DNA from: Hemiscyllium ocellatum
Taxonomy: Eukaryota
Assembly (NCBI RefSeq): GCF_020745735.1
Contig: NC_083428.1
Coordinates: 25,854,001-25,918,000, forward strand
Length of the DNA: 64,000 nucleotides
Direction: 5' to 3'
Shown here: in pieces, positions 37,201-50,520 of the stretch
How the letters are laid out: each line of letters begins with the position of its first letter
How positions within the stretch are numbered: the first letter of the stretch is position 1
The notes under the pieces: generated by a model
Seen by the model: only the letters and a program-made list of their open reading frames with translations
Told to the model about the DNA's origin: nothing
The model's database searches: none
Position numbers and translations under genes: made by a program

Positions 37201-39049
37201 GTTATGGTGCAGGCATGGGACTAAGGTGAAAAACCGGACATACTAATCAACAAACAAAAGGGTTGGGTGGAAAGTTGGGGAGCCTCCTGGTGCTATCTGA
37301 TGGAGTTGACAGCGACAGCTATAAGGAACACATGTGGGTCTGAGGGGAGCACCTGGACTAACAAGTAGTACATGGAACTGATTCTGAGGAGCATGATCTG
37401 GATATCCTTCAATCTTTCATTAAATCCCAACTGCATGATAATGATGAAAAATGGCTGCTGGCACTCCATGAGTGGGCAGGGTAAGTGTGTATTGTTTCAT
37501 CTTCAGGCTAAGTGCTCTTGTGAGTAATGTGACACCTGTCAAAGGTCAATTGTATTCACTGAGGCAAGCATTGAGTCAATGTGCCACACATCTTTCAGTA
37601 AATTACTCTGCATGTACTACTTATGCATTAACCAACAATACACATTTGAAACTCTGGCCACAAGCAATCCTAACCACGTCTTTGACTATCTTGGTCATCC
37701 CTGTGAAGCAGAAATGATTACAGTGTCACCAGTTATCATTAATTTTCAGTTGTATTTCAAAGGTCTCATTGCTGCAAAAGCTGCTTTCCTCTCACAGTGA
37801 ATTGTATGTATCGTAGAATCCCTACAGCGCAGAATGTACTGCAGTCTGAATGCAAAAGTTCAGCCTTCCTCTCCACCAGCTTATCTTTCATACAGCAGAT
37901 GCTGCAGTTGTGACTTTGAATTGGTTATGTCAGAGAGCTTTCAGAAATGAACTAACCACCCTGTGCTTCTTGGCAACCAGAGGAAGCATTCCGAAAATGG
38001 AAAGTTGAGAAGAAACTTTCGTATCTGTGAGAATTTAGCCAACAAATCTTGTGAACAAAAACGAGAGAAGTTTATGGTTTTGCACTCAGGTGTGCATGTG
38101 TTTATGTGCGTGTGTTTGTAAGATAGTTCATAATGGGTTTAGAGGTATATATGTGGATTACACTTAATTTAGTTTCATTATTTACTTGTATATAGAATCT
38201 GATTACCTGTAATAAATGGTCATTGCTGCTAAATACAGAAACCTGGTCAGTGTTTTCTATCAACCTGGATCGAAGATCAGATAGTTTGGGATTTTGTGAA
38301 TTTTCCTTCAACCTTTAAATTTTGAAATGATTCCAGTAATAGTGGAGTTTGATTTCCAGTGCACTCCTCCCCCTGAGTTGTGAATAATAGCCTGGTGTTC
38401 TGTACTCTCTTGGCCTGCTTGGAGAGATGGGGAGATGCAGAGAATGTAGAAGTGAGAGGGTGGAACTACAACATCCAAGGAGAGCTTAAGTGAGGGATAA
38501 GTGTGAGTGGTGGCTGCTCAGGTGGGTCTGTGTAGGAGGCACTTTTAGACATAGGGATGGGTGCACTAGCATCTTTGTCAGTGTGAGAATGATGTGCAGG
38601 ACAAGGCTGGGAAAAGCAAAATAAGGAGGCCTGAATAAGCCCTGCCTCTCACCTTTCCTGGGTCCTGTCATTCAATCTTTGACAACACTATATCCAGGAG
38701 GGAGGCATCACACTCCTGCTTCTGGCTTCTTTAACAATCTTTGGCCAAACATGTGTACTCTGCAACAGATTTACTTTTTCCACTTATGAGGAAAAGAATT
38801 GTCCTACAAGCCCTTTTACTATTCAACATAAAAGCAAGAATACATGTGAAAGGCATTACATCGCCTTTTCCTGTTGCCAATTCCTCTCTCAGGTCTGCTT
38901 TGATGCTTTGACAGCATTTAATTCAGCTGACAAAGGTCTTGCTTGTCCACCCAGTTGGAGAGTTGACAATTACCCCGAGTTGCCTGTTTTGGGAAGGCCT
39001 GCACATATTAACTGCCTCTCAGTAATGTAAGTGGAATGGCAGGCCTGAT

Positions 39050-39390
39050 CATAGAATCGTAGAATCCTTACAATGTAGAAGCAGGCCATTTGGCCCATCG
39101 AGTCCACAATGATCCTCTGAAAGCACCCCACCCAGACCCATCCTGTGACTTCATCCCTGTAACACTGCATTTCCCACAACTAATCCCCCTAGCCTGCATA
39201 TTCCTGGACAGTGCGGCCAATTTAGCATGGGCAATCTACCCAACCTGCATATTTTTGGATTATAGGAGGAAACCAGAGTACCTGGAGGAAACCCACACAG
39301 AGACAGGAAGACCTTGCAAATTCCACAAAGACAATTGCCTGAGGGTAGAATCGTACCTGGAACCCTGGTGCTGTGAGGCAGCAATGTGAG
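39050..39390 (-). mobile_element. HE1-type V-SINE
   Basis: V-domain and tail. Confidence 0.8.
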
Positions 39391-39469
39391 CAGTGATAGA
39401 TGAAGGGAGAGTGGATTAGTTAGGATGATATGATTGGAGTTTAGAGGACAACAGTGGAGGGTGGGGCAT

Positions 39470-39830
39470 CTCATAGAAACCTATAACATTCGAACAGGAT
39501 TAGACAGGGTTAATGCAGAAAGGATGTTCCTGATGACCAGGGAGTCGAGAACAAGGGTTCAAAATTTAAGGACAGGCCACTTAAGAGTGAGATGAGGAGA
39601 AAAATCTTCACCCTGAGTATGCTGGTCCTTTGGAATTCTCTGCCAATTCAAGCACTTGAGGCCAAAACACAGAATATTTTCAAAACTAAGTTAGATATAG
39701 TTCTTAGGGATAAAGGGATTAAAGCAAATGGGGCAAAATAGGAATACTGATGAACAGCCATGATTATACTGAATAATGAAGCAGGCTCAAAGGGCTGTAT
39801 GGTTTACTCCTGCTCTTACTTTCTCTGTTT
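39470..39830 (+). mobile_element. CR1 3' fragment
   Basis: LIETYNI..GLDRV..SRTRV remnant and 3' UTR. Confidence 0.75.
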
Positions 39831-40389
39831 CAAATTGGCTAGCAGCAGACCTTCCCATCAATCAAGGACCCTGAGGGATGGCAAAAAGAGCTGCTGACCA
39901 ACTCGTGGCTGGAAGCTGTCCATTGCAGGCAGCACCCCTTGAGGAATGACAGCTTCAATGGCAATGCACCCTGGGACAGACTTAGGAAAACTGATGGACC
40001 GAGACCACAGGTGAGTGACGGTGGGACGGGGTTACAGGAGGTGTGGGAGGAGTTCACCATCAAAGGCAGAAGGTAGTTCTCAACATCTCCCTCACAACAC
40101 ACATTCTCATGTCAGGGAGGTCAATCAGGCACTGTGCTTTTGAAGAAGGGATTCTCTTCCACCGCCCTGCATGCCCAAGAACCTATGACCTGTGGCTGGC
40201 TTTGGTCACTTTTGACTTTGGACAGCTCACACAATGACTGGTCTTTCTCCCTGCTGGTTGAATACTTTCAATACCTGAAGCTAACACTAATTCCCAACTT
40301 ATGGATCTCAGTTGGTGGCAGAAGGATGTCCACGAGCCTTCTCCCACCCCAGATTTAATCATAACAGAAAAGGGGAGGTAGGAGGGACT

Positions 40390-40850
40390 GTAAGACATAG
40401 GAGCAGAAATAAACCATGAAGCCCAATGAGTCTACTCTGTCATTCAGTGAGATCATGGCTGACCTGATAATCCACAATTCCACTTCCCTGCCGTTTCCCT
40501 ATAACCCCTTGATTCGCTTTATGATTACATATCTGCATATCTCAGCCTTGCATATATTTAACGACCTAGTCTATGTGGTAAGAAGTTCCACAGATTTGCA
40601 GCCCTCTGAGAGAAGAAAGTCCTCTTCATCTTTGTTTTAAATGTACAACTCCTTATTCTGAGATTATCCCCTCTGGTCCTAGTTATCCCAGCAGTGAAAC
40701 AATCTTTCTGCAGTTCTCTGTCAAGTCCTTTAAGAGCCTTGTACATTTCAATAAAGTCACCTCACATTATTCTATATTCCAACAAGTACAGTCATAACCA
40801 ACTAAATCTCTCCTAATAAGACAGTGCCTCCATACCTGTTATCATCTTAA
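40390..40850 (-). mobile_element. CR1 3' fragment
   Basis: ORF 40558..40746 (TRTRGDNL, FFSQRAANLWN). Confidence 0.8.
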
Positions 40851-41052
40851 TGATCATAGAATCAGAATTGACGATCTGGAATCTGAGCTTCAAACACTGA
40901 GGCACATCTGGGTGGGGGAGAGTTACGTGGTGCTGTGTTTCAGGAGGCAGTCACACCCAATAGAATACGTAATTCAAACTCAGTTAATGAACAGGGACAA
41001 CAGGGTGTGTGACTGTAAGTGAGGCACGTAGGGGGATTCTGAGTTCAGGAGT

Positions 41053-41355
41053 GGGCAGCACAGTGGCACAGTGGTTAGCACTGCTGCCTCACAGCGCCAG
41101 AGACCTGCGTTCAATTCCCGCCTCAGGTGACTCACTGTGTGGAGTTTGCACATTCTCCCCTTGTCTGCGTGGGTTTCCTCCGGGTGCTCTGGTTTCCTCC
41201 CACAATCCAAAGATGTGCAGGTCAGGTGAATTGGCCATGCTAAATTGCTCGTAATGTTAGGTAAGGGGTAAATGTAGGGGTATGGGTGGGTTGCAGGTCG
41301 GTGTGGACTTGTTGGGCCGAAGGGCCTGTTTCCACACTGTAAGTAATCTAATCTG
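41053..41355 (+). mobile_element. HE1-type V-SINE nested in CR1 ORF1
   Basis: Full-length, low-divergence copy with a taatc tail. Confidence 0.95.
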
Positions 41356-42139
41356 ATCAGAGTGGAGTAGCCTCAGCCCCTGACCTTGTCCAACGGGTAT
41401 GAGATTTTTGCTCCCTGTATGGAGGAGGAAAGGGGCTATGGACAGGATGAGCCAGCTGACCACGGCACCATGGTGCATAAAGCTATTCAAGAGGGGGGGG
41501 GGGGGGAGCAAAAAGACAAGTAGTTGTTATAGGGGATTCTATAATTAGGATGACAGATAGATCGTTTGCGAGCTGGATCAGGAGTTCTGCGTGGTGTGTT
41601 GCCTGCCTTGTGCCAGGGTGCAGGACATCACTGACTGGCTTGAAAGGATATTGGAGCGGGAGGAGGAGGATCCAGTAGTTGTGGTCCATGTTGGCACCAT
41701 CAATATAGGCAAGGCTAGGAAGGAGGACCTATTTGGGGATTGTCAAACACTAGGAAAGAAATAAAAGAACAGGTCCTCAAGGGTCATAATCTCTGGATTA
41801 CTGCCTGAGCCACATGCTAATTAGCATAGGGACAAGAAAAATAGGGAAGTAAACAATTGGCTAAGAGTGGGAAAGAGGGATTCCATTTCCTGGGACATTG
41901 ACATCAGTTTTGGAACTTGAAGTGATCTGGAACCAGTGTTCTGGTGAAAAGGATAAATAGGATGGTCACGAGGACTTTAAATTTGTGAATCGGAGGGTGG
42001 GGAAGGGAAAAACAAAGCTACAGGGAGTTTGGAGTTAAGTAGAAAGATAAGCAGCAGGTTAGCATGTGTTTAACTTCAAGGCAGGCTAGGAATGAAGCAA
42101 AAAGGAATGATAAATTAGCTCATATTATGAGAGAGTGCT

Positions 42140-44633
42140 CCAGACCTCCCCCTCTCTGAGGATGAAAGATCAGTCCTCAGCAGAGGCCTCACCTTCATCC
42201 CCCTACGCTCCCGGTATAACAAGTTCAACACGCGACAAGACATCGAACAATTCTTCCACCGCCTTCGCCTCCGCCCTACTTCTTCAACCAGCATTCTCGC
42301 CCACCCTCTGACAACCCCTTCTCCCGCCTCCAACACTACCAACCACCTGGACACCTCATGCTGGCCTCTTACCCGCCCTCGATCTCTTCACAGCCAACTG
42401 CCACCTCAACCTGTCCACCCCTCTTACCCACTCCAACCTCGCACCCTTTCAATGTGCAGCCCGCCACTCTCTCCGTTCCAACCCCAGCCTCGCTATCAAA
42501 CTGGCAGACAAGGGAGGTGCGGTGGTAGTTTGGCGCACCAATTTTTACATTGCTGAGGCTAAACGCCAGCTCGCGGACACCTCCTCCTACTGCGCCTGTG
42601 ACCATGACCTCACCTCTCACCACCAAACCATCATCTCCCAGACCATCCATAACTTCATCACCTCAGGGGATCTCCCATCCTCCACCTCCAACCGTATAGT
42701 CCCACAACCCCGCACCACCCGTTTCTACCTCCTGCCCAAAATCCACAAACCTGACTGCCCCGGCCGACCCATTGTCTCAGCCTGCTTCTGCCCTACCAAA
42801 CTCATCTTTGCATACCTCGACACGGTCCTGTCCCCCTTAGTCTAAGAACTCCCCACCTACGTTTGGGACACCACTCATGCCCGTCACCTCCTTCATGATT
42901 TTCGCTTCCCCAGCCCCCAATGCCTTATCTTCACCATCGACATCCAGTCCCTATACACCTCCATCCCCCATCACAAAGGCCTCAAAGCCCTCCACTTCCT
43001 CCTTTCCCGCTGACCCAACCAGTACCCTTCCACTGACACCTTCCTTTGACTGATTGAACTGGTCCTCACTTTGAACAACTTCTCTTTCCAATCCTCCCAC
43101 TTCCTCAAACCAAAGGAGTAGCCATGGGCACCCGCATGGGCCCCAGCTTTGCCTGCCTCTTCGTTGGATATGTGGAACAGTCCATCTTCCGCAGCTACAC
43201 TGGCACCAACCCCCACCTTTTCCTCCGCTACATCGATAACTGTATCGGCGCTACCTCCATCTCCCATGAGGAGATTGAACAGTTCATCCACTTTACTAAC
43301 ACCTTCTACCCTGACCTCAAATTTACCTGGACCGTCTCAGATTCCTCCCTCCCCTTCCTAGACCTCTCCATTTCTATCTCGGGTGACCGACTCAACATGG
43401 GCATTTACTATAAATCAACCGACTCCCATAGCTATCTAGATTACACCTCCTCCCATCCTACCCCCTGTAAAAACGCCATCCCATATTCCCAATTCCTTCG
43501 CCTCAGCCACATCTGCTCCCAGGAGGACCAATTCCAATACCGAACAACCCAGATAGCCTCCTTCTTCAAAGACTGCAATTTCCCCTCAGACATGGTTGAC
43601 GATGCTCTCCACCGCATCTCCTCCACTTCCCGCTCCTCCGCCCTTGAACACCGCCCCTCCGATCGCCACCAAGACAGAACCCCACTGGTTCTCACCTACC
43701 ACCCCACCAACCTCCAGATACATCGTATCATCCTTCGTCATTTCCGCCACCTCCAAACAGACCCCATCACCAAGTATATATTTCCATCCCCTCCCCTATC
43801 AGCATTCCGGAAAGACCGCTCCCTCCGTGACTCCCTCGTCAGGTCCACACCCCCACAAACCCAACCTCCACTCCCGGCACCTTCCCCTGCAACCGCAAGA
43901 AATGCAAAACATGCCCCCATACCTCCCCCCTCACTTCCCTCCAAGGCCCCAAGGGATCCTTCCATATCCATCACAAATTCACCTGCACCTCCACACACAT
44001 CATTTACTGCATCCGCTGCACCCGATGTGGCCTCCTCTACATTGGGGAGACGGGCCGCCTACTTGTGGAATGTTTCAGAGAACACCTCTGGGACACCCGC
44101 ACCAACCAACCCAACCGCTCCATGCTAAACACTTTAATTCCCCCTCCCACTCCGCCAAGGACATGCAGGTCCTTGGCCACCTCCATCGCCAGACCATAGC
44201 AACATGATGCCTGGAGGAAGAGCACCTCATCTTCCGCCTAGGAACCCTCCAATCACAAGGGATGAATGCAGATTTCGCCAGCTTCCTTATTTCCCCTCCC
44301 CTCGAACTTATCACAGTCCCAACCCTCGGACTCAGCACTGCCTTCTTGACTTGCAATCCTCTTCCCGACCTCTCCGCCCCCACCCCCACTCTGGCCTATC
44401 ACCCTCACCTTAACCTCCTTTCACCGATCGCATTCCCAACGCTCCTCCCCCAAATCCCTCCTCCCTACCTTTTATCTTAGCCTGCTTGGCATACCTTCCT
44501 CATTCCTGAAGAAGGGCTTATGCCCGAAACGTCGATTCTCCTGCTCCTTGGATGCTGCCTGACTTGCTGCGCTTTTCCAGCAACACATTTTTCAGCTCTG
44601 ATCACCAGTATCTGCAGTCCTCACTTTCTCCTA
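42140..44633 (+). mobile_element. Penelope-like retroelement (Neptune-type), 5'-truncated and defective: RT + Cys-rich linker + GIY-YIG + terminal repeat
   Basis: FYLLPKIHK..GRPIVS, MGTRMGPSFA, FLRYIDN (decayed YIDD), LPFLDL, CNRKKCKTC, IYCIRCTRCGLLYIGETGR. Flanked by an ~18-bp direct repeat. Confidence 0.95.
44502..44537 (+). ncRNA. Minimal type I hammerhead ribozyme motif in the PLE terminal repeat, intact core
   Basis: attc-CTGAAGA-a-gggc(ttat)gccc-GAAA-CGTC-gatt; located in a Penelope terminal repeat, where such ribozymes are known to occur. Confidence 0.8.
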
Positions 44634-46246
44634 CATATTACGAGAGATGCTGGAAATCATGAGGATAAGAAAATTAGCATTAAGGTGTTTTATCTAAATG
44701 CTCGTAGTATTCGTAACAAAGCTAATGAATTAATGTCACAAATCATTGTTAATGATTATGATGTGGTAGGCCTCACAGTGACGTGGTAGCAGGGGGTTCA
44801 GGCAGTTAAACATCTAAGGATTTACAACTTATTGAAAAGACAGGGAGACTGGCAGAGGGGGCAAAGTTGCCTTGTTAGTTAAGAATGAAATTAAATCTAT
44901 GGCACCAAATTGCATAGGGTCAGATGATGTGGAGTCTGTGTGGGTGGAGTTGAGGAACAACAAAGGCAAAAAAACCATAATGAGAATTACATACAGACCT
45001 CCCGGCAGTGGTCAGGAGGAGGGGTGCAAGATGTCCCAGGAAATAGGTAAGGTATGTCAGAAAGGCAAGGTCATGGTGATCATGGGCGACTTCAATATGC
45101 AGGTGGACTGGATGAATAATGTTGCTGGTGCATCCAAAAAAAGGGAATTCTTGGAATGCTTACAGGATGGCTTTTTGGAACAGCTTGTGATGGAGCCCAC
45201 AAGGGAGCAGGCTATTCTGGACTTAGTTCAATGTAATGAGCCAGACTTTATAAAAGATCTTAAAGTAAGGGAACCCTTAAGAGGCAGCAATCATAACATG
45301 GTAGCGTTCAGTCTTCAGTTTGAAAGACAGAAGGCAAAATTGGATGTAATGGTGTTACAGTTAAATAAAGGTAATTACAGGGGCACGAGAGAGGAACTGA
45401 TGAAAATCTACTGGTAGCAGAGCCTACTGGGGAAGACAGTTGAGCAACAATGGCAGGAGTTTCTGGGTAAAATTGAGGACACAGTACAGAAGTTCATCCC
45501 AAAGAAAAGAAAGATTATCTGGGGTGGGGTGGGGTGGGGGTAGTGTGGGATTAGACAGCCATGGCTGACAAAGAAAGTCAGGAAATGTATCAAAGAAAAA
45601 GAGAGACTATAAAGTGGCTATGAGCACTGGGAAATCAGAAGATTGGGAAGACTACAAAAACAAACAAAGGATAACAAGGAAATAAATAAGGAAGGAGAGG
45701 ATCAAATATGAAGGTAAGCTAGCCAGTAATATTAGAAATGATAGTAAAAGTTTCTTTCAATACATAAGAAACAAATAAGAAGCAAAAGTAGAAATTGTGC
45801 CTCTCCAAATTGATGCTGGAAAGCTAGTGCTGGGAGATACGGAAATAGCTGAAGAACTTAACAAGTACTTTGTGTCAGTCTTCGCAGTGGAAGACATGAG
45901 TAATATCCCAACAGTTAAGGAGAGTTGGGAGCAGAGTTAACTAAGGTAACCATTACAAAAGAGAAAGTGTTGGGAAAGCTAAAAGGTCCAAAAATCAATA
46001 AATCTCCTAGCCCTGATGGGCGACACCCTAGTGTTCTGAGAGAGGAGGCTGAGCAAATAGTGGAGGCTCTGACTGTGATCTTTCAAAAATCACTGGACTC
46101 AGGGAAAGTCCCAGATGATTGGAAAATCACTGTTGTAACCTCCTTGTTCAAGAAAGGATCAAGACAAAAGATGGAAAATTTTAGGCCGATTGGTCTAACC
46201 ACGGTCGTAGGAAAATTCTAGTATCCATCGGTAAGGATGAGATAGT

Positions 46247-46552
46247 GGGCGACATGGTGGCACGTGGTTAGCACTGCTGCCTCACAGCACCAGAGACCCG
46301 GGTTCAATTCCCGACTCAGGCGACTGACTGTGTGGAGTTTGTACATTCTCCCCGTGTCTGTGTGGGTTTCCTCCGGGTGCTCCGGTTTCCTCCCACAGTC
46401 CAAAGATGTGCAGGTCAGGTGAATTGGCCATGCTAAATTGCCCATAGTGTTAGGTAAGGGGTAAATGTAGGGGAATGGGTTGGGTGCACTTCGGTGGGTC
46501 GGTGTGGACTTGTTGGGCCAAAGGGCCTGTTTCCACACTGTAAGTAATCTAA
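46247..46552 (+). mobile_element. HE1-type V-SINE nested in CR1 ORF2
   Basis: Full-length copy that splits the RT coding region. Confidence 0.95.
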
Positions 46553-47959
46553 TTTCTTAAACTCTTGGAAGTGCGGGGTCAGATTAGAACAAGTCAGCAT
46601 GGATTTAGTAAGGGGAGGTCGTGCCTGACAAACCTGTTAGAATTCTTTGAAGAGGTAACAAGTAGGTTAGACCAGGGAAACCCAGTGGATGTTATCTACC
46701 TAGACTTCCAAAAGGCCTTTGATAAGATGCCTCAGAGGAGGCTGCTGAGTAAGGTGAGGGCCCAAGGTGTTCGAGGTGAGCTACTGGCATGGATTGGGGA
46801 TTGGCTTTCTGACAGAAGGCAGAGAGTTGGGATAAAAGGTTCTTTTTCAGAATGGCAGCTAGTGACAAATGGTGTCCCACAGGGTTCAGTGTTGGGGCCG
46901 CAGCTGTTCACTTTAAATATTAATGATCTGGACGAAGGGACTGGGGGCATTCTGGCAAAGTTCACCGATGATACGAAGCTAGGTGGACAGGCAGGTAGTA
47001 CTGAGGAGGTGGGGAGGCTGCAGAAAGATTTGGATAGTTTGGGAGAGTGGTCCAGGAAATGGCTGATGAAATTCAACGTGAGCAAGTGTGAGGTCTTGCA
47101 CTTGGGAAAAAAGAATACAGGCATGGGCTATTTTTTAAATGATGAGAAAATTCATAAAGCCAAAATACAAAGGGATCTGGAAGTACTACGCCATGATTCT
47201 CTAAAGGTTGATTTGCAGGTTCAGTCCGTGATTAAGAAAGCAAATGTAATGTTGTCATTTACTCAAGAAGGTTGGAATATAAAAGCAGTGATGTGATACT
47301 GAGAATTTCTAAAGCTCTAGTTAGGCCCCATTTAGAATACTGTGTCCAGTGTTGGGTCCCACACTTAAGTAAGGACATACTGGTACTGGAGCGTGCCAGC
47401 GGAGATTCACACGGATGATCTCTGGAATGGTAGGCCTAACATATAATGATGGGCTGAGGATCCTAGGATTGTATTTGTTAGTGTTTAGAAGGTTGAGGGG
47501 AGATCTAATAGAAACTTACAAGATAATGTATGGCTTAGAAAAGGTGGACGCTGGGAAGTTATTTCTGTTAGGCGGGGAGACTAGGACCCTTGGGTATAGC
47601 CTTAAAATTAGAGGGGGTCAGTTTAGAACAGAAATGAGCAGACATTTCTTCAGCCAGAGAGTGGTGGGCCTGTGGAATTCATCGCTATGGAGCACAGTGG
47701 AGGCCGGGACGTTGGGTGTCTTCAAGGCAGAGATTGATGTAGTCTTGATCTCGCAAAGATTTAAGGGCTATGGGGAGAGTGCAAGTAAGTGGAATTGAAA
47801 CACCATCAGCCATGATTAAATGGCGGAGTGGACTCGATGGGCTGAATGGCCTTGCTTCCACTCCTAAGTCTTATGGTCTTTTAGTCTGGACTATGTCCAA
47901 TGCCAGTATATGCTTTCTTAGGTTAAGGACCCAAACCTATTCACTGTGTCCCAGCACTT

Positions 47960-48190
47960 GCCTGGAGTTTGCACATTCTCCCCGTGCCTGCGTGGGTTTC
48001 CTCCGGGTGCTCCGGTTTCTTCCCACAGTCCAAGGGTGTGCAGGTCAGGTGAATTGGCCATGCTAAATTGCCCATAGTGATAGGTGCATTAGTCAGAGGG
48101 TAGCGGGTCTGGATGGATTACTCTTCGGATTGTCGGTGTGGACTGGTTGGCCAAAGGGCCTGTTTCCATATATAGGTAATGTAAACTAAT
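47960..48190 (+). mobile_element. HE1-type V-SINE, 5'-truncated
   Basis: V-domain through tail. Confidence 0.85.
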
Positions 48191-48197
48191 ACCTTGT

Positions 48198-48328
48198 ACA
48201 GGAGAAAGTGAGGACTGCAGATGCTGGAGATCAGACTTGAGAATGTGGTGCTGGAAAAGCACAGCCGGTCAGGCAGCATCCGAGGAGCAGGAGAATCGAT
48301 GTTTCAAGCAGAAGCTCTACATCAGGAT
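48198..48328 (-). mobile_element. Solo PLE terminal-repeat fragment with a decayed hammerhead
   Basis: Reverse complement of 44503-44633. Confidence 0.8.
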
Positions 48329-48847
48329 GCCTTGCACAGTTTGAATAAAACTTCTCTACTTTTATACTTGATTCCCTTTGAAAGAAATGTCAATATTCCA
48401 TTTGCCTTCCCTATTATCTAATGACCTTTACTAGCTGTTTTCTGCTTCTTGGACAAGGGTTCCCAAATCCCTGCATTCCGTAGCTTTCTGCAGTCTTTCT
48501 TTACTTCAGTAATATTCAGCTCCTCTATTCTTCTTGCCAAAGTATATTATCTCATACTTCCCCATACTATGTTCCATCTTTCAAATTTTTAGTCCACTAA
48601 CTTCATCCATCAGTATCCCTCTCCAAGGTTTCTGTGTAGCCTCCTGCCTGATTAATTGTACTTTATCTCCAACCTCATCACAGAGGAAGGCACTGAATTG
48701 CAACCAAAGCTCCCACTCCGAACCTTGTCGCGTTATTTTAAAATGTACCTCGATTATGTTGTACTGGAATATTGGGCACCCATACATGTTGCCAGCTGTC
48801 CCTATTACACATGGATTGGTAAGTTAAAACACAGCTCCATCACTCCT

Positions 48848-49030
48848 TCAGAAACCAGAACAGAAATTGCCAGAAAAGCTCAGTAGGTCAGTTCTAAGAA
48901 AGGGTCACAGGACCTGAAACGTTAACTCTGATTTCTCCTCACAAATGCTCTCAGACCTGCTGAGCTTTTCTGGCAATTTCTGTTCTGGTTTCTGATTTAA
49001 AGCATTGGCAGATCATTCGGTTTTTATTCA
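48848..49030 (+). mobile_element. Hairpin element: 42-bp inverted repeat enclosing a hammerhead-like motif
   Basis: 48848-48889 pairs with 48954-48995 (one G-U type mismatch). The loop contains gttCTAAGAAagggtcacaggacctGAAACGTTaac. Confidence 0.8.
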
Positions 49031-49939
49031 AACTCTTCTTCTTTGAATAAAGTCAGTTCTTAGTCTATGAGAAAAAAACTTTGGGCATTTTTCTAGGGTA
49101 AAGTTGCAATGTAATTTTATTACAAAGTCACTGTTGGGAATTCTGTTCTCGAGAAATGCTCTGAAAGCAAAATTCAGGTGGATTCAGTTCAAGATAAATA
49201 ATACACAGGAACTTTCAGCCCTGCTCCCACACTGACAGAGGGAAATGGAATATTAATGCCAAAATATGCTATTAAGATGCATTTTTTTAAATTGCATTTA
49301 ATTTGGTCTTTTTTTTACCTGTAGGAATACAGTTTTCTTCTTTGTTCTTCATTTCTGCAACTTCATTGTCTTTGCATTATCCAGTATTGAGCAGATGAGC
49401 ATCCAATGCAAGAATTGTTTTCAGCCTTAGGAGATCAGAGGACAAGTAACAATGAGCTGAATCTTAAAAAGTGTCACTGAATCTTTCAGTGTCATTTTTG
49501 TTGTGTTGTTTGGAGATTCTTTCTCCGCAAGGCCAAACAGGTTTTCTTGAACCAACATCCCAAACTTGCCTCATGAACCATTGCACCTGCTATGATCCCC
49601 TATCAATTCTAATTCTACCCTGATACTCTACTCTGTGTGTGCAGAAGACCTCACCATTTTTAAATGCCAGCCATACACTCAGTTGAACAAAGCCAGAGGG
49701 GTGATGCGCTTCCCTCTGTACAGAGTGTGGCAGAATTCACTTGATTTTCTTCTCAGGGATCATAACTGGGACAACTTGCACATACTATCACTGTTTAAGC
49801 CCCAAGCCACATAAGCTTACCCATCTTTAGCTATATATCATCATACTCTCGGTCAGGAGGTTGCATAGCAGATTCAATAGCCATGTTTTTAGTGAGTACA
49901 CTTTGTCTCCCAGTCATCATCTTTGTAAGGCATCTGGCA

Positions 49940-50520
49940 TCTCAAAAACAGCAGTTATCAAGGATATAGGCATTATGGTAGCTCCCAGGATACTTTCTAA
50001 GATATTGTACTGATAACTACAAATGACTTGTACATTGATGGAAGGGCACCTGTTTCTATTGGTAAACACAGCTGCCTTATGATATCTGCCTCTCTGTATG
50101 ACATGTGTCTGTTGATTGTGTCCTGCATTTGAAAGAGCCAACTACTTTTGCAAAGGCTACTGTCTGGGCTGAAGCACTGACCTGTTCATAGTCAGAAAAG
50201 ATGAAACGGTGAATTTGAGTACAAATGTTTTCCATAACAGTCTTAAAGAATCTGTGGGTGGATTATTAAGCGAGCCCACTCAGGTGGGTCTGTGGAAGGA
50301 GTCACATGCATAAAAAGTTGAAGCAACTTTTACTTTGATAATGGGTAGGATAAGATGGCTACCCGCTTCTTCAGACGACAGGTCACACTCCAGAACTGGG
50401 CACAGTACTGTGAGAATTTAATGGCACATCCGCAATGTGTGATAACACTCCTGCTCGCTCATCTGGAGGAAATGGGATTGAGAATGAGCAGCTCTGGCCC
50501 TCCTGTGTATCCTGAGGGGA
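49940..50520 (-). pseudogene. Decayed PIF/Harbinger (HARBI1-like) DDE transposase
   Basis: Collinear, frameshifted motifs on the minus strand: FLQMSEQECYHTLRM, VKVASTFYACDSF, QTHV (family IDCTHV), FTNRNRCPSINVQVIC (family NRKGxHSINVQxVC), KYPGSYHNAYIL (family PGSxHDAxIL). Confidence 0.75.

Larger units (their letters stand above)
40855..47880 (+). mobile_element. Near full-length CR1 LINE (ORF1 coiled-coil + SGNH esterase, ORF2 EN + RT), inactivated, with nested PLE and SINEs
   Basis: ORF1 remnants RIDDLESELQTLRHI, VVIGDSII and VVVHVGTINI. ORF2 remnants YLNARSIRNK, MGDFN, LDLV, QHGF, GVPQGSVLGP and KFTDDTK. Ends in a cttatggt tail. Confidence 0.95.

Noticed and set aside
37950-38385. Possible solo LTR (also ~18950-19460)
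   Set aside because: LTR-like composition only; no clear TG...CA ends, TSD, PBS or second copy in the window.
41053-41125. tRNA gene
   Set aside because: tRNA-derived SINE head with A/B boxes, joined to the V-domain and LINE tail; not a functional tRNA.
43596-44207. Pro/His-rich 203-aa ORF
   Set aside because: Alternative frame of the C-rich Penelope element.
49316-49430. Minus-strand exon-like segment with AG/GT boundaries
   Set aside because: Stops in all three frames and no partner exons found.
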